DNA of 64,000 nt from Hyaloraphidium curvatum SAG 235-1. Lineage: Eukaryota > Fungi > Monoblepharomycota. Positions 48,291-62,942 of this stretch are shown here, in pieces; position 1 is the first letter of the stretch, and every line of letters begins with the position of its first letter. The position numbers and the translations under genes are program-made. The stretch lies in contig JAIVFI010000010.1 in assembly GCA_025558095.1 (NCBI GenBank), positions 496,001 to 560,000 of the forward strand. Direction: 5' to 3'. Under the pieces are notes generated by a model, which was given only the letters and a program-made list of their open reading frames with translations, was not told the DNA's origin and did not search any database.

Positions 48291-49342
48291 ATGTCCGAAC
48301 GCAAGGTTATCAACAAATACTTTCCTCCGTACGTTCTCGAGTGTGACGGAGCGTCAAAGGCATCGCGCTCACCCTGTCCGCGACCAGCGACTTCGACCCG
48401 TCGAAGATCGGCCGACGGAAGGGCCCGAAGAATTCGCAGCACAAGGTGCGGCTCATGGCGCCCTTTTCGATGAACTGCCGGACCTGCGGGAACTGGATCG
48501 CAAAGTCGACCAAGTTCAACGCCCGCAAGGAGAACGTCAAGGACATGGACTACCTCGGCATCCGCATCTTTCGCTTCTACATCCGGTGCCCGCGGTGCTC
48601 GGCCGAGATTACCTTCCGCACGGACCCGCAAAACACGGACTATGTTTGCGAGCAGGGCGCTGTCCGCAACTTTGAGCCCTGGAAGGACTCGTCGCTGACG
48701 GAAGACGAGCTGAAGGAGCAGCGCGCCAAGGACGAAGAGAACAACCCCATGAAGGCGCTGGAGAACCGTACCATGGAGTCGAAGCGTGAAATGGACATTC
48801 TCGACGCTTTGGACGAGATTCGGACGAGGAATGCAATGAACGAACGGGTCGATCCCGAGGGTTTGCTGGAAAAGCTCATGGAGAAGAAGCGGAAGGACAC
48901 GGAGGAGGCTTACGCCGTGCTGTTGGAGCAGCTGCTCGACGAGGAAGACGACGCTTATGCGAGGTCGATCTTTGGCGGCGGATCTTCGGTTGGAGAGGCG
49001 CCAGACGAGGCGCCTGCGGCGGCGGTCAAACGGCTGGCGCCCGACGAAGAGGACTCGGACGACGAGGCCGTATTGTCGAGGCTGCGTAGCAAGTTTGGGG
49101 GAGGTGATATTGGGCCGATGGCAGCTTCCAATGGCCATTCGTCGACCAAACCGGCGAATGGTCCCCGCGCGGCTCAGACCCTTGTGGTTGCCAAGAAGCA
49201 GAAGACGGACCTGGGTGTCGTGCCTGCCAAAGCGAATGCGCGAGCCCAGCAGGAGCCCGCCAAATCCGCACCGCCGCCATCCGCTTTGAGCGGTTTGGCT
49301 GTTTACGATGACTCTGACGGAGATTCGGCCTCGGGAAGCTGA
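48291..49342 (+). CDS. YJU2: Splicing factor Yju2/CCDC94
   Basis: MSERKVINKYFP|DFDP, RLMAPFSMNCRTCG..KFNARKE, YIRCPRCSAEITFRTDPQNTDY. Confidence 0.95.
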
Positions 49343-49487
49343 TGGTTTGCATGTTTGCAAATAATGTGACATTCTTTTCGCGAACAGAACATATCTCATT
49401 ACCCTGCCCATACCGTGTCGCAGCCTGCCAACCATGCCCGACTAAACCAGCGCCGACGCACCACCATGTGCGATGGAGATTATCCCC

Positions 49488-51849
49488 TCACAGCCAGCTC
49501 ATCCACGTAAGATCCTGTTGGGCCAAGTTCACCGGATTCGTTGCCTGAGAAATGAGGTCGAGAATGGTCTGGTTCACAGGCACATTGACCTCAATGTTCT
49601 AGAACGGGACGTCAGAAGTGCCAGCACAACACCTGTCGACGAAGGACTGTACCTTTTCCCTCTCGATGCGGCACGAGAGCGCTTCGGCCCGCTTTGTGAC
49701 GAGCTGCACATTCTGCTGCACCAGATCACGGAACTGCGAATCCGACAGCAAACGGAGCACCGGCGATGCCGCCGCGCCCGACTGCCACGAGTTGAGCTCG
49801 TCCCGAATGAAGAGGCTCAAGTAATCGTCCATGTCAAACTCGGGAGTGGTCAGGGAGCGGGCAATGGCCATTAGGGCGCTCGTGAAGACCCCCTCCACGC
49901 CATTCGGGGTCATGAAGGTCTGGAGGTTCGGAGTGAACCTGAACGGAACCTTCTCGGTCGAAACGAGCATCGGCAGGTAGCCATTCTGATTCGTGCTTCC
50001 CGTTGCAAGGACTAGAGACGAGATTAGCAGCTGGTCTCGCGTGTTCAGCGAACGCAACGTACTGGGCGTCATCTCGGTCATCCATATGTTGCCGGTGCGG
50101 GTTGATATGATGAACCGGTGCGGGAAGCGGGGACCAATGCCCATCACCCAGGTCATGAAGGTCACCGCCGCCATCTGCTGCGTGAACTGCTTCCGGATCG
50201 TCCAAAAGTCTTCGTACGAGTCCATCCGCCTGAGCATGTACTGGCGACAAACGAGAATGAGAGATGAATCGGCCCGCTGCTGCGTGTGATGACGTACTCG
50301 TGTCAAGACCGTGTCTGGGCAAATCTTGTTCATGATGTGGTCGACGATCTCCACGCGCATGTTTGTAAGATCCTGTTTCTGTGGGAGCAACCGTTGAGCT
50401 CCACCGAAAAGCGGTGGCGAGCACCGACTCACCGCCTTGCGGCCGGCGGGGTCCTCCCCTCCCGGGGTGTTCTTCAGCATCTCTCGGAGCGTCGTCGTGT
50501 AGTAGATCATGGGCTCATCCTTGTAGATGCCGGTCCGGTCGCAGTGATCCTCGTATATCTCCGACAAGGACTGGTACGAAGGGTCGTCCTGCACCAAGCG
50601 CACTTGATGCGACAGGGGAACAATGAGCGGCAGGTGGAACGACAAGTTGCGTCGCCGTGACTCCTTCTTGCGTTCCAGAACCCTGCATCGACAAGGGTGA
50701 GACAAATAACTCGGGCGATCGCCAAAATGCGGGCGTACGTATTCAGGATTCTGAAGAACTGCATGATGCGCTCCTCGCGCCTCCCCTGCCGGGTCGCCGG
50801 ATTCTGTACCAAGAACGGATGAAGGCTGCCGTCATGCCCGCGTATGGTGAGCCGGCGCAAGCATGAGCCGTGGGCTCTGACGACGTCGACCTCCGGCTGG
50901 AAGCGGTCGATGCAAATGAAGTCGACATTCGCGTCCTTGTGCTGCAATCAAAAAGGTCAGCGCACGGGAGCAATGCACGTAGCGCCTGCGCTCACCAGCA
51001 AGTACTGCCCGGGCACCTCGATGTCTCCGAGCTTCTGGTGCTCGAACTCTATGAGGTAATGGCTGTACTGCTCAAGGTGCTGGCGACGCGGGCGGCTGTC
51101 GAGGAGATGCTCCAATTTGTCCCTCCAATCCCGGAAACGGGCGATAAGCTCGAGCAGGTTTGGCTTGGTCTTGATGAAGTCTTGCTCGAAAGCGCCCTTG
51201 TACTGCGAAGCGTTGGCTTAAGAAAATGAACGGAACGACGCGAAAGCGACCTTACCTTGATGTGGCTCTGGTGGTTCATCCCCTCTGCAAGCCTCGACAG
51301 ATTGGCTTCCATCATCCTAGGCAGAGACCAGTTCTCGTTCTGCACGACTTTAGACATCCAATTCTGCAAAAGGAGAAATCAACCACCGGCAAGATGGATC
51401 GCTGGAGCGGTTTCCGAACCTGCACAGCGTCGTTCAGCAAAGCCGAAATGAGCCGGTACATGTCGTCGTCCGCAGTGGGCTTCAGCCGCTGAATGATTTG
51501 ATCGACCATGGTTTCCATGGAGAGCGCGAGCAGAGGGAAGGCCGTCTTCAGGGCCGACATGATCTCCTCCACATGCTCCCAAGGCTGCCGGCGCTGATTC
51601 AAGGGAGCTTGCGATCCATCCTGGCCAGCTGCCGGGGTGCCTGCAGCAGCGCCCTGTCCGTTTTCTCCCGGCTGCGCGCTTTGGGGAGTTGCGCCGCCTC
51701 CAGCATCTTGGGCATTGCCCTCATTTGCGGGAGTCTGTGCCTGCTGACCTCCGGCCCCCGGCCCCTCGTCGGCGGCCGGCGTCTCTTTCTGATCCACGGA
51801 TTCCTGCTGCGCCCCGGTTGCCTCGGTTCTGGACGGCTCCGCCGTGGTT

Positions 51850-51881
<32 letters not shown>

Positions 51882-54800
51882 CTGGGCCGAGCTCATCGCA
51901 ACCTGCTTCCGAAGCACGGAATACTCTTCCTTCGCCGCCCGCAAATGGAAATGGAGCGCCTGGTCAACGAATTAGAGAACCAATCTCGAGCAGCATCTCA
52001 GCCACGACCAACCTGGGGGAAATGTTTCGCGATGCGCTTGAGCAAGTTCTTGGCGTGCCTCGTCTCCTTGTTCGAAAGCGCCGCGAGCAACTGGGGTATG
52101 AAGGTGATCCAGTACCAAACCGGGACGTCGCCTTTGTAGGCCTCGAAAGCTTTGTACAGAGTCCCCTGGCCATCATCCAAGCTAAGCAGCCAAAGCACCC
52201 TGGCGTTGAACTTGCGCGACTTTGCACTCTTGTAGAGGGCAGACGCATGGAGGTGGCAGTTGATGGCGTTGACGGCGAACTTGACTTCGGCCGGCTGCTC
52301 CTGGAACATGCGATCGTTGTACTCCCCCCAGGAAGCCCACGCCTTCGCCGTGTTGGAGTCGATCTGCACCGCTGATGCGTACGCCTCCGTCGCCTCCGCA
52401 TGAAGGTTGAGGCGCGCAAGGAAGTCCGCCTTGAGCGTGAAGAACTCCGCTTTCTGGGCCGGGATGAAGTACGCCAGGTTCGTGTTGTTGATCACGTCCA
52501 AGCCGGTGGGATACTCGTTGGGAGTTTGGAAGTAGCACTTGGCCTGCTCGCGCAGCTTGTAGAAGGCCTCCTGGATCTCGATGTTGGGCAGCGTGTAGAT
52601 CTTGCTGAGCGACGTGATGCAGACGTCCGTGAGGCCGTGCTTCCGCGCGACGTGCGCGAAGCGGTTGATAATCCAAGCGGTCTCGTGGTATCCTCGGAAG
52701 CCGTACGAGCTCGTGGGACTACCGTTCCCTCCGGCGCCCTGCTGCGTCAACTGCGGAATCAAGGGGATGTAGGCCTTGTTGATGGTCGTGAAGACGTGCT
52801 GGCGCCAAGCAACCAAGTCGCTCCACATGTTGATGTCCTCCCACAGGTTCGGCAGCCGCTCGCGCCAAGTCTGGAGGATTCCCTTCAGCTCCTGGGACTT
52901 TTGCTCGATGTTGGTCGCCGTCGTCGTGTTGAGATTCCCCTGGATGTTTGCCGCCTCGCTGAGCTCAACGTACTGCTGGAACATGTGCAGCAACGGAACG
53001 TGGGAGACGGAAATGATGCGGGGAAGGGAGTACCAATGCCGCAAGGAAAGCTCCATGCCTTGGTCGCACGCCTCCTTGAAGGCCTTCATTCGGTCCGAGT
53101 TCTCGGGGGAGTTGAGGATCAGGAAGGCATCGAACACCTTGCGGCGCGGGGTCGGGGCATCTGCCAGTTCTCCGACAGTACGAAGCAGCCCTTCCCGGTC
53201 GTTGGAGGTCGATTGCCAATCCGAGAGTCTCCAAGCGCACTCCAGCAGGAGGTCGTTCATCTTTTCGTGCTGCGCGAAGTCCGTCAGGAGCTCCCATTGC
53301 TGGAGCTTCTCGGTGCACCGAACCCAGTGCTCCTCCCACAGGTAGTACTCCGATTCGGCAAATGGGGTTACGCCCGTCTTCCCGCGGCTCTGCGCGAGCT
53401 CGTAGAAGTGCTGCGCATGCTGCCAGAGACCACTCTGCTCGTACGAAAGAGCCAGGTTCGTCTCGTTGTAAAGGCAGCGGCGCCGCCAGAGCCCGCAAAA
53501 GTAGTCGTCCTCGCTAAGCGAACCGTAGAGGTCGGCGAGGGCGTCAAGGGTGCTCTCGCGGATCTTGTCCTCCTCCTTCGTGCCGACAAAGCTATTCTTG
53601 GAATCCATCGCCGCCATGTTCTGCAAAATTTCGATTCCCGTGTGCCAAGCGTTGTACGTCCTCGACAGGTACTTGACCAGCTGCGGCGCCAAAGCAACCG
53701 GAGGTAGGCAGCGCGCGAGACCGTCCAAAAGCGTCTGAATCACGTTGGGCCGATGGAACATCTGCTTCATGTGGTAGTCTTTCGACAGGAGCGAGACCAT
53801 CATCTTGATCATGTCGTGGCGCTCCCGCAGCTCGAGGACGTTCCACAGAAGCGGGAACGTGAGCACCCAAAGGCCGTGCGCCATTTCCGCATCTACGTGG
53901 ATGAGCTCCTTCAAAGGAGATAGCAGGCTTTCGAGCTCCAGAATTGCAAGACCCTCAAGGAAAGCCTTGTGCTCGGCCACGACATTCTCGACCACGTGTC
54001 CACCGGTATCCGAGGTTTCCATCCTCTGATCGGCAACGTTCGGTGCCGAAAGCAAAAGCGAAGCAGCGCTGGTGACAGGGACTACCCGGCAAGACGACGA
54101 CACCTGCGACAGTGAGCGATCCTTGACGATGCAGCCGAGCAGCAGGCCCAACGCTTGCTGAATCCAGAAGGTGTCCGCCAAAGACTCCCAGTTCTGAACT
54201 CCGAGAACGTATCGCAGCCTCGTCGATACCGTGCGTGAGATGCTGTTGGTAAAGAGCGTCATGAAGCGGTTGCGAAGCGCCGGGTTCTCGTTCTTTGTGC
54301 CCATCAGAAACGCTTGCTCGAGCTTCACCGTCAGCTCCGTCCTGCTGAACTCAGGGTCCGAGTATATGTCCGCCACGAGCGACAGGTAATCCTCGAGAAG
54401 CCGGCGCTGGTCGGGCCTGGCTTCGAACGACATCATCTTCACCACCAGGGTTGCCTTCTCCTTGATCGTGGGGAAAGATTCGCCGGTCGCGAGTACCCAG
54501 TCGCGGACCATGTTGAGAACGGCTCGCAAAAGCTCCTGGTCGTTCGATCGCTCAATGATGTTGATCATCTCCTTCAGCAAGATCCGCCGGTTGTCCGGTA
54601 CCATATAGGCGGCCCGCTTCTTAAGAAGGTGCAGCAACGAGATGATGACGGGTCCTGATGCTTCGGGTGTTGAAGAACCTGTCGTCTGGCCAGTTTGGCC
54701 GGCATTCGCGGCATTCGGCGTCGGCGCGGGGTGCGGCGGCGTCGGCGCATGGTCCCTGACGAGCTTCTGCAGGAGCTTCGTGAGGGATCCGACGTACTTG

Positions 54801-57800
54801 TCGACCTCGCTTGGCCTGTCGTCGTACATGGCGTGCAGCAGGCTGACCACGGAGCTCGAATTCGCCATGTTCTGCAGCCCGTTCTGTATCACGCCCTCCA
54901 CCAGCTGGTTGAAGGAGGCTATCTCGTTACGTTGTGTCTCCTCGTCCGCGTCCGACAGGGACACGTTGGAAACGATCACGCGGACGATCTTGCTGACCAC
55001 CTTGACGAGCGCAGCCTGCTCCGTCCGAATGACGGGTTCCAAGCACCGCTGCAAAGCGGCGATGTTGCTCACGAAGAACTCCGGAGGCTTCGACTCGATT
55101 ATGGTGTACAGGAGCTCGAGGATGTTGGAGATCATGACGTTCACGTTGGCATTCGGCTCCTGCGCCGTCACTTTCTCCACGGTCGAAAGCTTGAACGAAA
55201 TGTCGGGCCACACGAGAAGGAGGTCCCGGATCAAGTTGGCAATGCGGTACGGGATACCGCGCTTCGACAGAGGCTCCGACAACGTGCACAGGAAACGGGT
55301 ACAATAGGCAAGCGTCATTTCCCGGTGGTGAGACGAGATGCTGCTCGGCTGGAGCGGAGCCATTGCCGCCAAAGCGGGTGTCACCGTCGGCGGTCCGAGA
55401 CTGTCTCCGCCCTCGGAGGCCACGTGCTGCCGCTTGGCCTCGGGGGCCCCGAAGTCGGACGGAGCTCGCCGCTTGTTCGATCCGTCAACGAGGACATCTG
55501 GCGGAGATCCGTCGTCCGTCGGCGCCACGTCGCCGTCGAATGCTTCCTGGAGCCGGCGCCGCTCCCACGAAAGAACGAGCTCCACAAGATCGATCGTCAA
55601 CAAGCGGGTTTCGTTAGTCGTGTTGGTCGTCAGGCCGAGCTTCGGCAAAGACGGTATGATGAGAGGGACGAACAAGTCGCGGTGCTCGTAGAAGAGTTCC
55701 GCGTGACGTATCACCAGCTGGTAGATGCACGTGACCTGCGGCACGTTGTTCGTATCCTCGGTGATGATCTTGCGAGTCCACCTGACCCAGGCCGGGAACC
55801 TCTGGTCGCTGCCCTGCGAGCCCGAAACGCTGGGCCCCGCAGCTTGCGCGTTGCCGACCCGCTTCGGCAACACCGGCACAAGAATGTCCAAAGCCTGGCG
55901 CACCAGGACCCGGCTCTCCGACTGGTGCGATTTCAACAAAGCAACCAAGGCCTGCATGATGATCTTGACGGGCGTCTCGAAAGCCTCGACGAAGCGCGCG
56001 AAAGCGACGTAGGCCGATTGCTTGCAGGTGGGATCGTCCACTTTCGTGCAGCTCCAAACGAATCTCACGGCGTCCTTTTTGTGTTCGCCGATGGACGTGC
56101 TGCCGTGCTGAACAATCAAGGTCGTCACTTGCAGAAGCTCGATCTTCATCGAATCCTCGAGCTGCAGAGCTTCCTGTTCCACAAGGTACGGAACCCAAAG
56201 TGTGGCAGCGAGCTGCCCGACCATCTCCATGTCCATGGTTCCAGCAAACTCCGGCTGGCTGACGGCCACGAGCATCACCGGTACCACAAGCATCCGCATC
56301 GCTGCCACAATCAGCTGCGGCTCAACAGCCCGCTCCTCAAACAGCCGGAGGAATTTGGCGATGACGGTGCGTCTGGATGACACCGGCAGCTTCAGCGCCA
56401 CATCCTCCCACAGAAACTTCTTGAGAAAGGCGAAGTCGATGACGCTCGGGGCAACGAAGGCCTGGATCATGTCAAACAGAACGTCCATGTCCCCCGGTTG
56501 CTTCCTCGAGTAAGCAATGAGAATCTCGAGGATGTACTGGGTTTCCCGGACGCGCTCAATGTCCAAATTCTGCTCCTGCCGAGTCGCGGCTATGCGGCGC
56601 TCCGAGCGCCAGAGCTGGAGGACCTGATCGAGCACGGATCTGGCGGGGAGGGTAAGAGAAGCAGCGAAAGAACGGTTGCGCGATCGCACCGTGACTGGAC
56701 GAGCCATTCGGGATGGAATGAAGCGATCTCCTTGACGATGAGAACTCCCTGGAACTGCAAGTAGTCTGCCTGGTCGGTCTCGTCCGGAGTGACGCGGAAG
56801 GTTTTTGCGAGAAGCTTATCGGCGTTCTTCATGACTTCCAGGCGAAGCGGCCCGGCTGCCTCCGCATGCAGGAGGTCAACAAACAGCCGGTTGTACCGCT
56901 GGTCGCTGAGGCGGTCGTAGAAATAGGCCAGAGCGTCAGTCGAATGGCGGTTCAGGAACTTGATGAGCGGCAATCGAAACGGGCTGGAGATGTAGCGTCG
57001 CAGCTTGCTTTCCAGATCCAGCACCTCGTTCACGAGATCAGGCAGGTAAATGTTGGCGGCTTGCGGGAGCAGCGGAAAGGCTTCCAGAATGGCGACAATG
57101 ATCTTGATCTCGTCAACCTCGCTCAGAGGGCGGTTCGACGCCTCCTCGAGGATCGCGGGGTCGGCCCAAGCCTTAAGGTGATCCAAGAGTTTGCGACCAA
57201 TTTCGTTCTTGAAGTAAGTCGTCAAGAGCTCCAGGAGCCGGGCGAGACCTTCCAAGCCCTGCACTGTTAGCTTCTTGTAGTCCGACAGGTTCACGAGGAT
57301 CGGGCGCAACCCGGCTTGCAAGAGGTCCTTCGGAAGCTTGTGTTGGTGCTGCAGCACCTGCGACAGGCCTTTGTAGGCGATCTCGACGACTTCTGAAGAC
57401 TTCGAGTACAAGGACTTGAAGAAGACGGCGATAATCCGGCTCCGAGCGCCATTCTGCGTCGGAGACATGAGCTCCGAATGCGCCATGGCCGACGACAAAA
57501 GCTTGATGCACACGACCCGCAACTGCGTGAGCTGTTCCGGGAGCTTTTGCGACGGGCCTTTGCTGGTCAGCGCCTGGTCTTCGGCGTCCGCGAGAGCCAG
57601 GGCCTCATGCATTAGGCGCAGAAGTTCTTCGTTGAACTGCAACAGAGGCGGCCTGAGCGACAAGCAATACGTGATCGCGTCAATGTGACCGATTTGCATG
57701 GGCATAGGAAGCGCGCGGAGCGGCTTCGCAAAGATGGGTCCCAGAAGACGGTCCCGAACCGGAAGGAGAAGGTCGGTAACTTCGGTGCCCGTCAGATCCG

Positions 57801-60800
57801 CAAGAAGCTGCAGCGACTCCTGAATTGTTTCGCGAACAACGCTGTTCGTGTTCGGAAGCTCCTGCACGAGCAGGTGGATCAGGTTGTTGACCTTGCCCTG
57901 TCGGTCCTGGACGTCATCGTTCTCCTCCTGCTGGTTGCACACCTTGAGAACGTGGGCGAGGGTGCGTCTCGCTTCGTCCACGTTGCTCATCGACATCTCC
58001 GACGACGTGTCCTTGAGAACGTAGAGCAGCGCCTTCGCAAACTCCAGCTGGTGGTCCACCATCCATTTGACGCCCATCTTGAGGTCCGAAGTGAGCATGG
58101 AGATGCCGTGGCACCCGCCGTTTTTCCGGTACCATTCCTGCTTGAAGCAATAGGAGCAGAAGCGCAGCGCCAGCGAGTGGAAGACGGGCAGCTGCTCCAC
58201 AAGATCTCCGCGTCCGCCGAAAATGCCCAGGCACGTTTCGTGCAGGTACACGAGCGCCTCGCCGCCCTTCTTTCGGACATCCGTGGCCTCGGACGTCATG
58301 ACGTCCACGATCGCCTCGACAAATGCGTCAATGTGGGAAGAGAAGACGTTGTTGCTCACTTCCAGCGAGGAAATGGTGGGCCGCATCGGCGGCTTGAGGC
58401 CCGCCTTCTGCGCCGCAAATTCGGGCACGTGGAGCAGAATGAAATGCTTGCAGATGTTCAGAATGACCGGCCACGCCTTGGCCTCGAGCTCAGGAACGCA
58501 CGCAGCGTAAAAGAGAGCGACGATGACCTGGGTGACGGTCCGATCGTGCGCATCCCTCCTAGCTTTGCTGGGGACTTTGAACCTCGGCTTGCTGTCCCCA
58601 TCAACGCTTTCGACGTTCACCAGCTCGTCGACCAGACTCTGCGCGGGCGCGATGTCCTCCCCGAGATCCATCGCCATCTCGCTATCCTGAATCACGGCGT
58701 CCGCCATGACCCGGGGAGACGATACGCCGTCGCCCGTGCCGACTTTGCTTGTCTCGATGACTGCCACGCTCCTTTGGACGGCTTCCACCAGATTGACCTC
58801 GCTTTCAATGTCGATGATCAGCGGAAGGCAGCTTTGAAGGAGCATGAACGCTTGCTCCTTGTAGTAGGGCAAGTGGGGAAGCTTCTCCTTTGCAACGATG
58901 TGGTTGCCCAGGACCCTAGTCACCAGGTCCAGCATGTCCCCGAGCTGAAGAAGCTGCTCCGTCGAGACGTCGCCTGTCCGCTCGGACAGGGTCAGCCGGA
59001 TGCCAATGTCCACAGCGCTGTCGAGGTTGGACTTGATCGACAAGATCGGTGAGTCCTTCAAGATTCGCCTGTTTCTGCCGCCGAGCTTCCCCAGGATTCG
59101 CATCGTGGTGTGGCTGTGCGTCTGGTTGTACGGCTGCGGCCGCAAATGCTTCCACAGAGCAGCCATAAGGTCGCCGATGACCGGGCTGACGATCGGATCC
59201 AGGAACTCGTGGGTCAGATTGTCAATGCACAGCTCCAAGGTGCGCAGGCCCTGGCTGACAAGCTCCGGGCCGGACTGGAGCGCCAGAACCAGCGGTTTCA
59301 TCAGGAAGTTGAGGTAAGGTAGCAGTGCGCTCAGGCGCACAGGAACCGTCAAACACAGCTCGACAAAGAGCTCCCGCATCTGCTGCTTGTACGCGTTCGA
59401 CAGCAAATTGTTCAAGGATTGGAGCAGCTCCGGCAGGAGCGGCAGCACCTCCTTGTACAGGAGCTCGAATCGGCCACCTCCAATGCTCCGGAACATGGAA
59501 CGCAGCAGCAGGAAGTAGTTGCTGGGTTCTTTGGCCTTGGACGACAGCTTCAGCGACGAGCGGATGATGTTGCTCATGTGCGGCTGCAGGACGACCTCGT
59601 TCTTCTCCGGGAAAACCGTTATCGCCATGAAAATGAGCTTGAACAGACGCAGCATGACCTGCGCCTGGGTGACAGCGGTCGGAGTATCGCCAGAACCGAG
59701 CAGCTCGATCCGATCGACCAAGAAGCGCAAGAGCACGCCGACGAAGTTCGGCGAGATCGCGGCGTTCAGGAGAAAGTAGTGAGGCAGGCCGAGAATGGTG
59801 GGGTTGGCCACCATCTGCTCAAGAAGGAAACCAATCTGGGACGTGATGATCTCCAGGAAGATGGCGGGCTCGACGACGGCAAATATGGCGCCAAAAGCTT
59901 CCAACACCTCCTTCTCCTCCTTTGCGTTGCTGTTTGGCGGGGCGTTCGCCGCTCCTTTCTCCCTATCCGGCGCCGAGGAATCTATGGCGTAGAGGTCGAA
60001 GCACTGGAGTCCGTCGCGGAGAATGCGCAAGAACAGCTGTATCTCGAGTTCTGACAGGCCGCGTACGGCAGCGTTGTATGCATCCTGGTCGGGAACGTTG
60101 GGAGCGGGAGGATTGCACTGCCGGAGGGAGTAGAGGATGCTCTTGATGCCAATGACCAAGTTCTTGAAGAGGAATTTGATCTCTGCAACCCATCACGTCC
60201 AGAGTCAGGAACCCACTTGAGCACCGCATGGCACCGAGGTCCTCACCCTTCACAACATCCTGCGACTGGTCGAACGGTCCTTGGTAGGCCTTGATGGGAT
60301 GCATGTACTCGTACTCGAGGAACATCTCTGGCTCGGGCACGAAGTTGGAAGTCGACTCGAGTCGCTTGCTTGACGACTTCTTCTTCCCGTAGTACTTGGA
60401 GATAAGAGGCAATGCCATGTGAATCGACGTGAACTTGCTCGCGAATGCGTCCAAGATCTTCATCAGCAGCGCTCGCGCTGGGAGTTGCCGGGAAGGTCAA
60501 AACGCGACGAAGAAACAATGACAAGTGATTTGCCCTCACCGTCCTCCTTGGTTTGCAGCATGATGATGCAGTCAATCAGATTCAGGAGGAGTTTGGAGCA
60601 CATTGTTTGGATTTGAGGAGCAAAGCTGAAGTCGTGGAGGTTCCGCGAATACGTGTACACGATCCTCGAGAGCTGCTCTTGAGAAAGCTCCATCCGGACG
60701 TGGTGCAGCAGGTCGGCCAAGAAGCTGTGCGCAAGCGGCCTGCAACGACATCGACGGTCAGCACCTTATTCGGACGCCCGCGACTTGCGGTACCTCAAGG

Positions 60801-62229
60801 TCTCGCGCGAAGTCACGCCGGTCCCCACAAGGACCTTCTCGTTCAAAAGAACGTCGATGTGCCTCACGAAAGAGGACTTGAACTCGCTTGCCCAAAGGTG
60901 GCGCGTGGCGACCAAAAGTTCCTGGAAAGGCGTCAGGCTAGATAAGTACCGCGCATCGCGGACAGGGAAGTGTCTCCATGGATCTGCGAACCTTTCTGAT
61001 GCCAGATGATTCTGGCGGGCAGTCCTTCATGAGCATCACGACAGCATCCGCGATCGCTTGCTGGTGGTCCTTGAGGATCGGCAGAAAGTTCTTCAGGATG
61101 TACGCGACGAAGGACAGCGTCTGGGTGGGGCGGATCAGAGTCCGAAAACGTTGGCACCCGAATCGGCAGGTACCTTGACTTGCATGGCCTTGAACTCTGC
61201 ATAGGCCGCGCGGTTCTTGATGGAGCTGGCGACGCCAACGAAGACTTCACCCCTCGCCGCGGCATCCTCGTGCGCCTGCACCTGAGCAGCTGGTTGCAAT
61301 CCCAGCACCTTGAGTGCGCCGTGTCAGCTCCCAATAGCGCAGCCAGAACACCGCAGGCGCCCCACCCTGATGATCAGCGGGACAAGATCGACGACAGTGT
61401 CATTCACAAACTTCCGGTGGATCTGCAACAGCAGCACCAGGATGATGGGGCACTCCTTGAGGACCTTGAAGCTGTACAAGCTCCTTGCGAGCCTGTGGTC
61501 GCCCTCCTCGGGGTTGTCGCCGCCGGCGCCAGTAGAGATGGGAGACGCGCCCGCATTCTGTTGCGCACCCAAAGCTTAAGAATATCGGGCCTTGCCCCGA
61601 CAACCCAATCCTGCTCACCGTAACATCGAATGCCTCCCGAACGGCCTCGTCCATGTTGCGGTACATGTCCCGGACCACGTCGAAGAACGGCGTCACGAAC
61701 TCCTCCAGGTGATTCTTGTATGCCTTGTGCAGCTCCACGATGATCTTCAGGGCGGTGGAGGCGTTGTCCTCGTCGTCCTCCCGAACAACCTTCATCAGCT
61801 CGGTGAGGAGTTCTGCTGCGCTGGCTTTCAAGGCATCCTGCATCGGGAATCGCTGGATGACGTCCAGAGTCAAGTGCCTCAGTTTCTGAAGCAGAGCGGC
61901 TCTTCAGTTGGGGTCGGGGGAGATTCAGCACGGAACGCACATGCTCGGGGGCATTAGAAAAGAAGGCCGGCGGTGTGGTCTTCAGGATATCCAGGAACGT
62001 CGGAAGCAACGACTGGAGATGGTTTTGGTTGTCCGGCGATTGCAGGACGTCCACGGAGTCCCGTATTTCCTGGACGATGGCGATCTTGGCGGGGAGGTCT
62101 GGCACGTCTTCAGTCCAGTGCGACCTGCAGGGACAGTCGAGCGATCCTACCGGTAGAGGCATCGCCCAGCTTCGCCGCGGCATTGGCCAGATCCGGCCCG
62201 CCGGACTGGGCGACGACCCGGCGGTGCAT
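49488..62229 (-). CDS. TRA1: Transcription-associated PIKK scaffold Tra1/TRRAP (multi-exon)
   Basis: HEAT region ([30 protein letters not shown]), FAT domain ([28 protein letters not shown]), kinase-like region ([21 protein letters not shown]), FATC end DLTWMSWL*. Confidence 0.96.
51850..51885 (-). repeat. CAG/CAA microsatellite (poly-Gln) in TRA1
   Basis: [16 protein letters not shown] in ORF 51312..51944. Confidence 0.85.
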
Positions 62230-62494
62230 GGCCGCCCGAGGCTCCCTCCTGGACGCGTGCGTTCCTCAAGAGTCCCTCTCCCCGGGTCCAGCAACGCGTC
62301 CTATCGTCCTTTGGTCATGTGCCGCGCTGCGACGGCGCCAAAGGGCTCCCAAGGGGTCGTGCGCGGGAGCGCGTTTGTGCAGTTCGCGCGCGGGAGCGAG
62401 CAACCGCGCCTGCCCATCCACCCCACCCAACATCGCGCTCGGAGTGACCGAAGGGTCGCGCGCAGGGCCAATCGTCGGCATCTCAAACCAGGCG

Positions 62495-62853
62495 ATGTCG
62501 GACGAGCGGGACGTCAACCTGTACCTCGCCGCGTGGGCGGCCACCGGCGTGTTCATGCGGTGCTACTCCCTCGCGCTGCAGCGGCGGCCCATCTTCCAAG
62601 GTGGGAGCGATGCCCGCCGCCCCCGCCAATCGCACCGCGCTCTGACCGGAGGCCGCGTCCCCGTCCGCGCCTTGCTCGTCGTGGCGCCCGCGACGCGGCG
62701 GCGGCTGCAGGGCCCGTCACGCACATCGGCCACACCCTGGTGGCTATGGGTTTCGGCGCTGCCTTCAACTCGTATCGCGAGAGGCAGCTCGTGCGCCTGG
62801 AGGCGCAAAAGAACTCTTTGCTGGAGCGACGGAGGGCAAAGGAGGCGGCTTGA
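62495..62853 (+). CDS. Complex I small accessory subunit (fungal 14 kDa / NDUFC2-like), 2 exons
   Basis: WAATGVFMRCYSLALQRRPIF|GPVTH..GFGAAFNSYRERQLVRLEAQKNSLLERR; intron 62601-62710. Confidence 0.7.
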
Positions 62854-62942
62854 GTGTCACCGGACAAGTGACTGGATGGACACGAGACTGACGCCGCCGG
62901 AGGCGATGCTGGCGGAATCGGCTTGTAGGAACCACGGAGCAA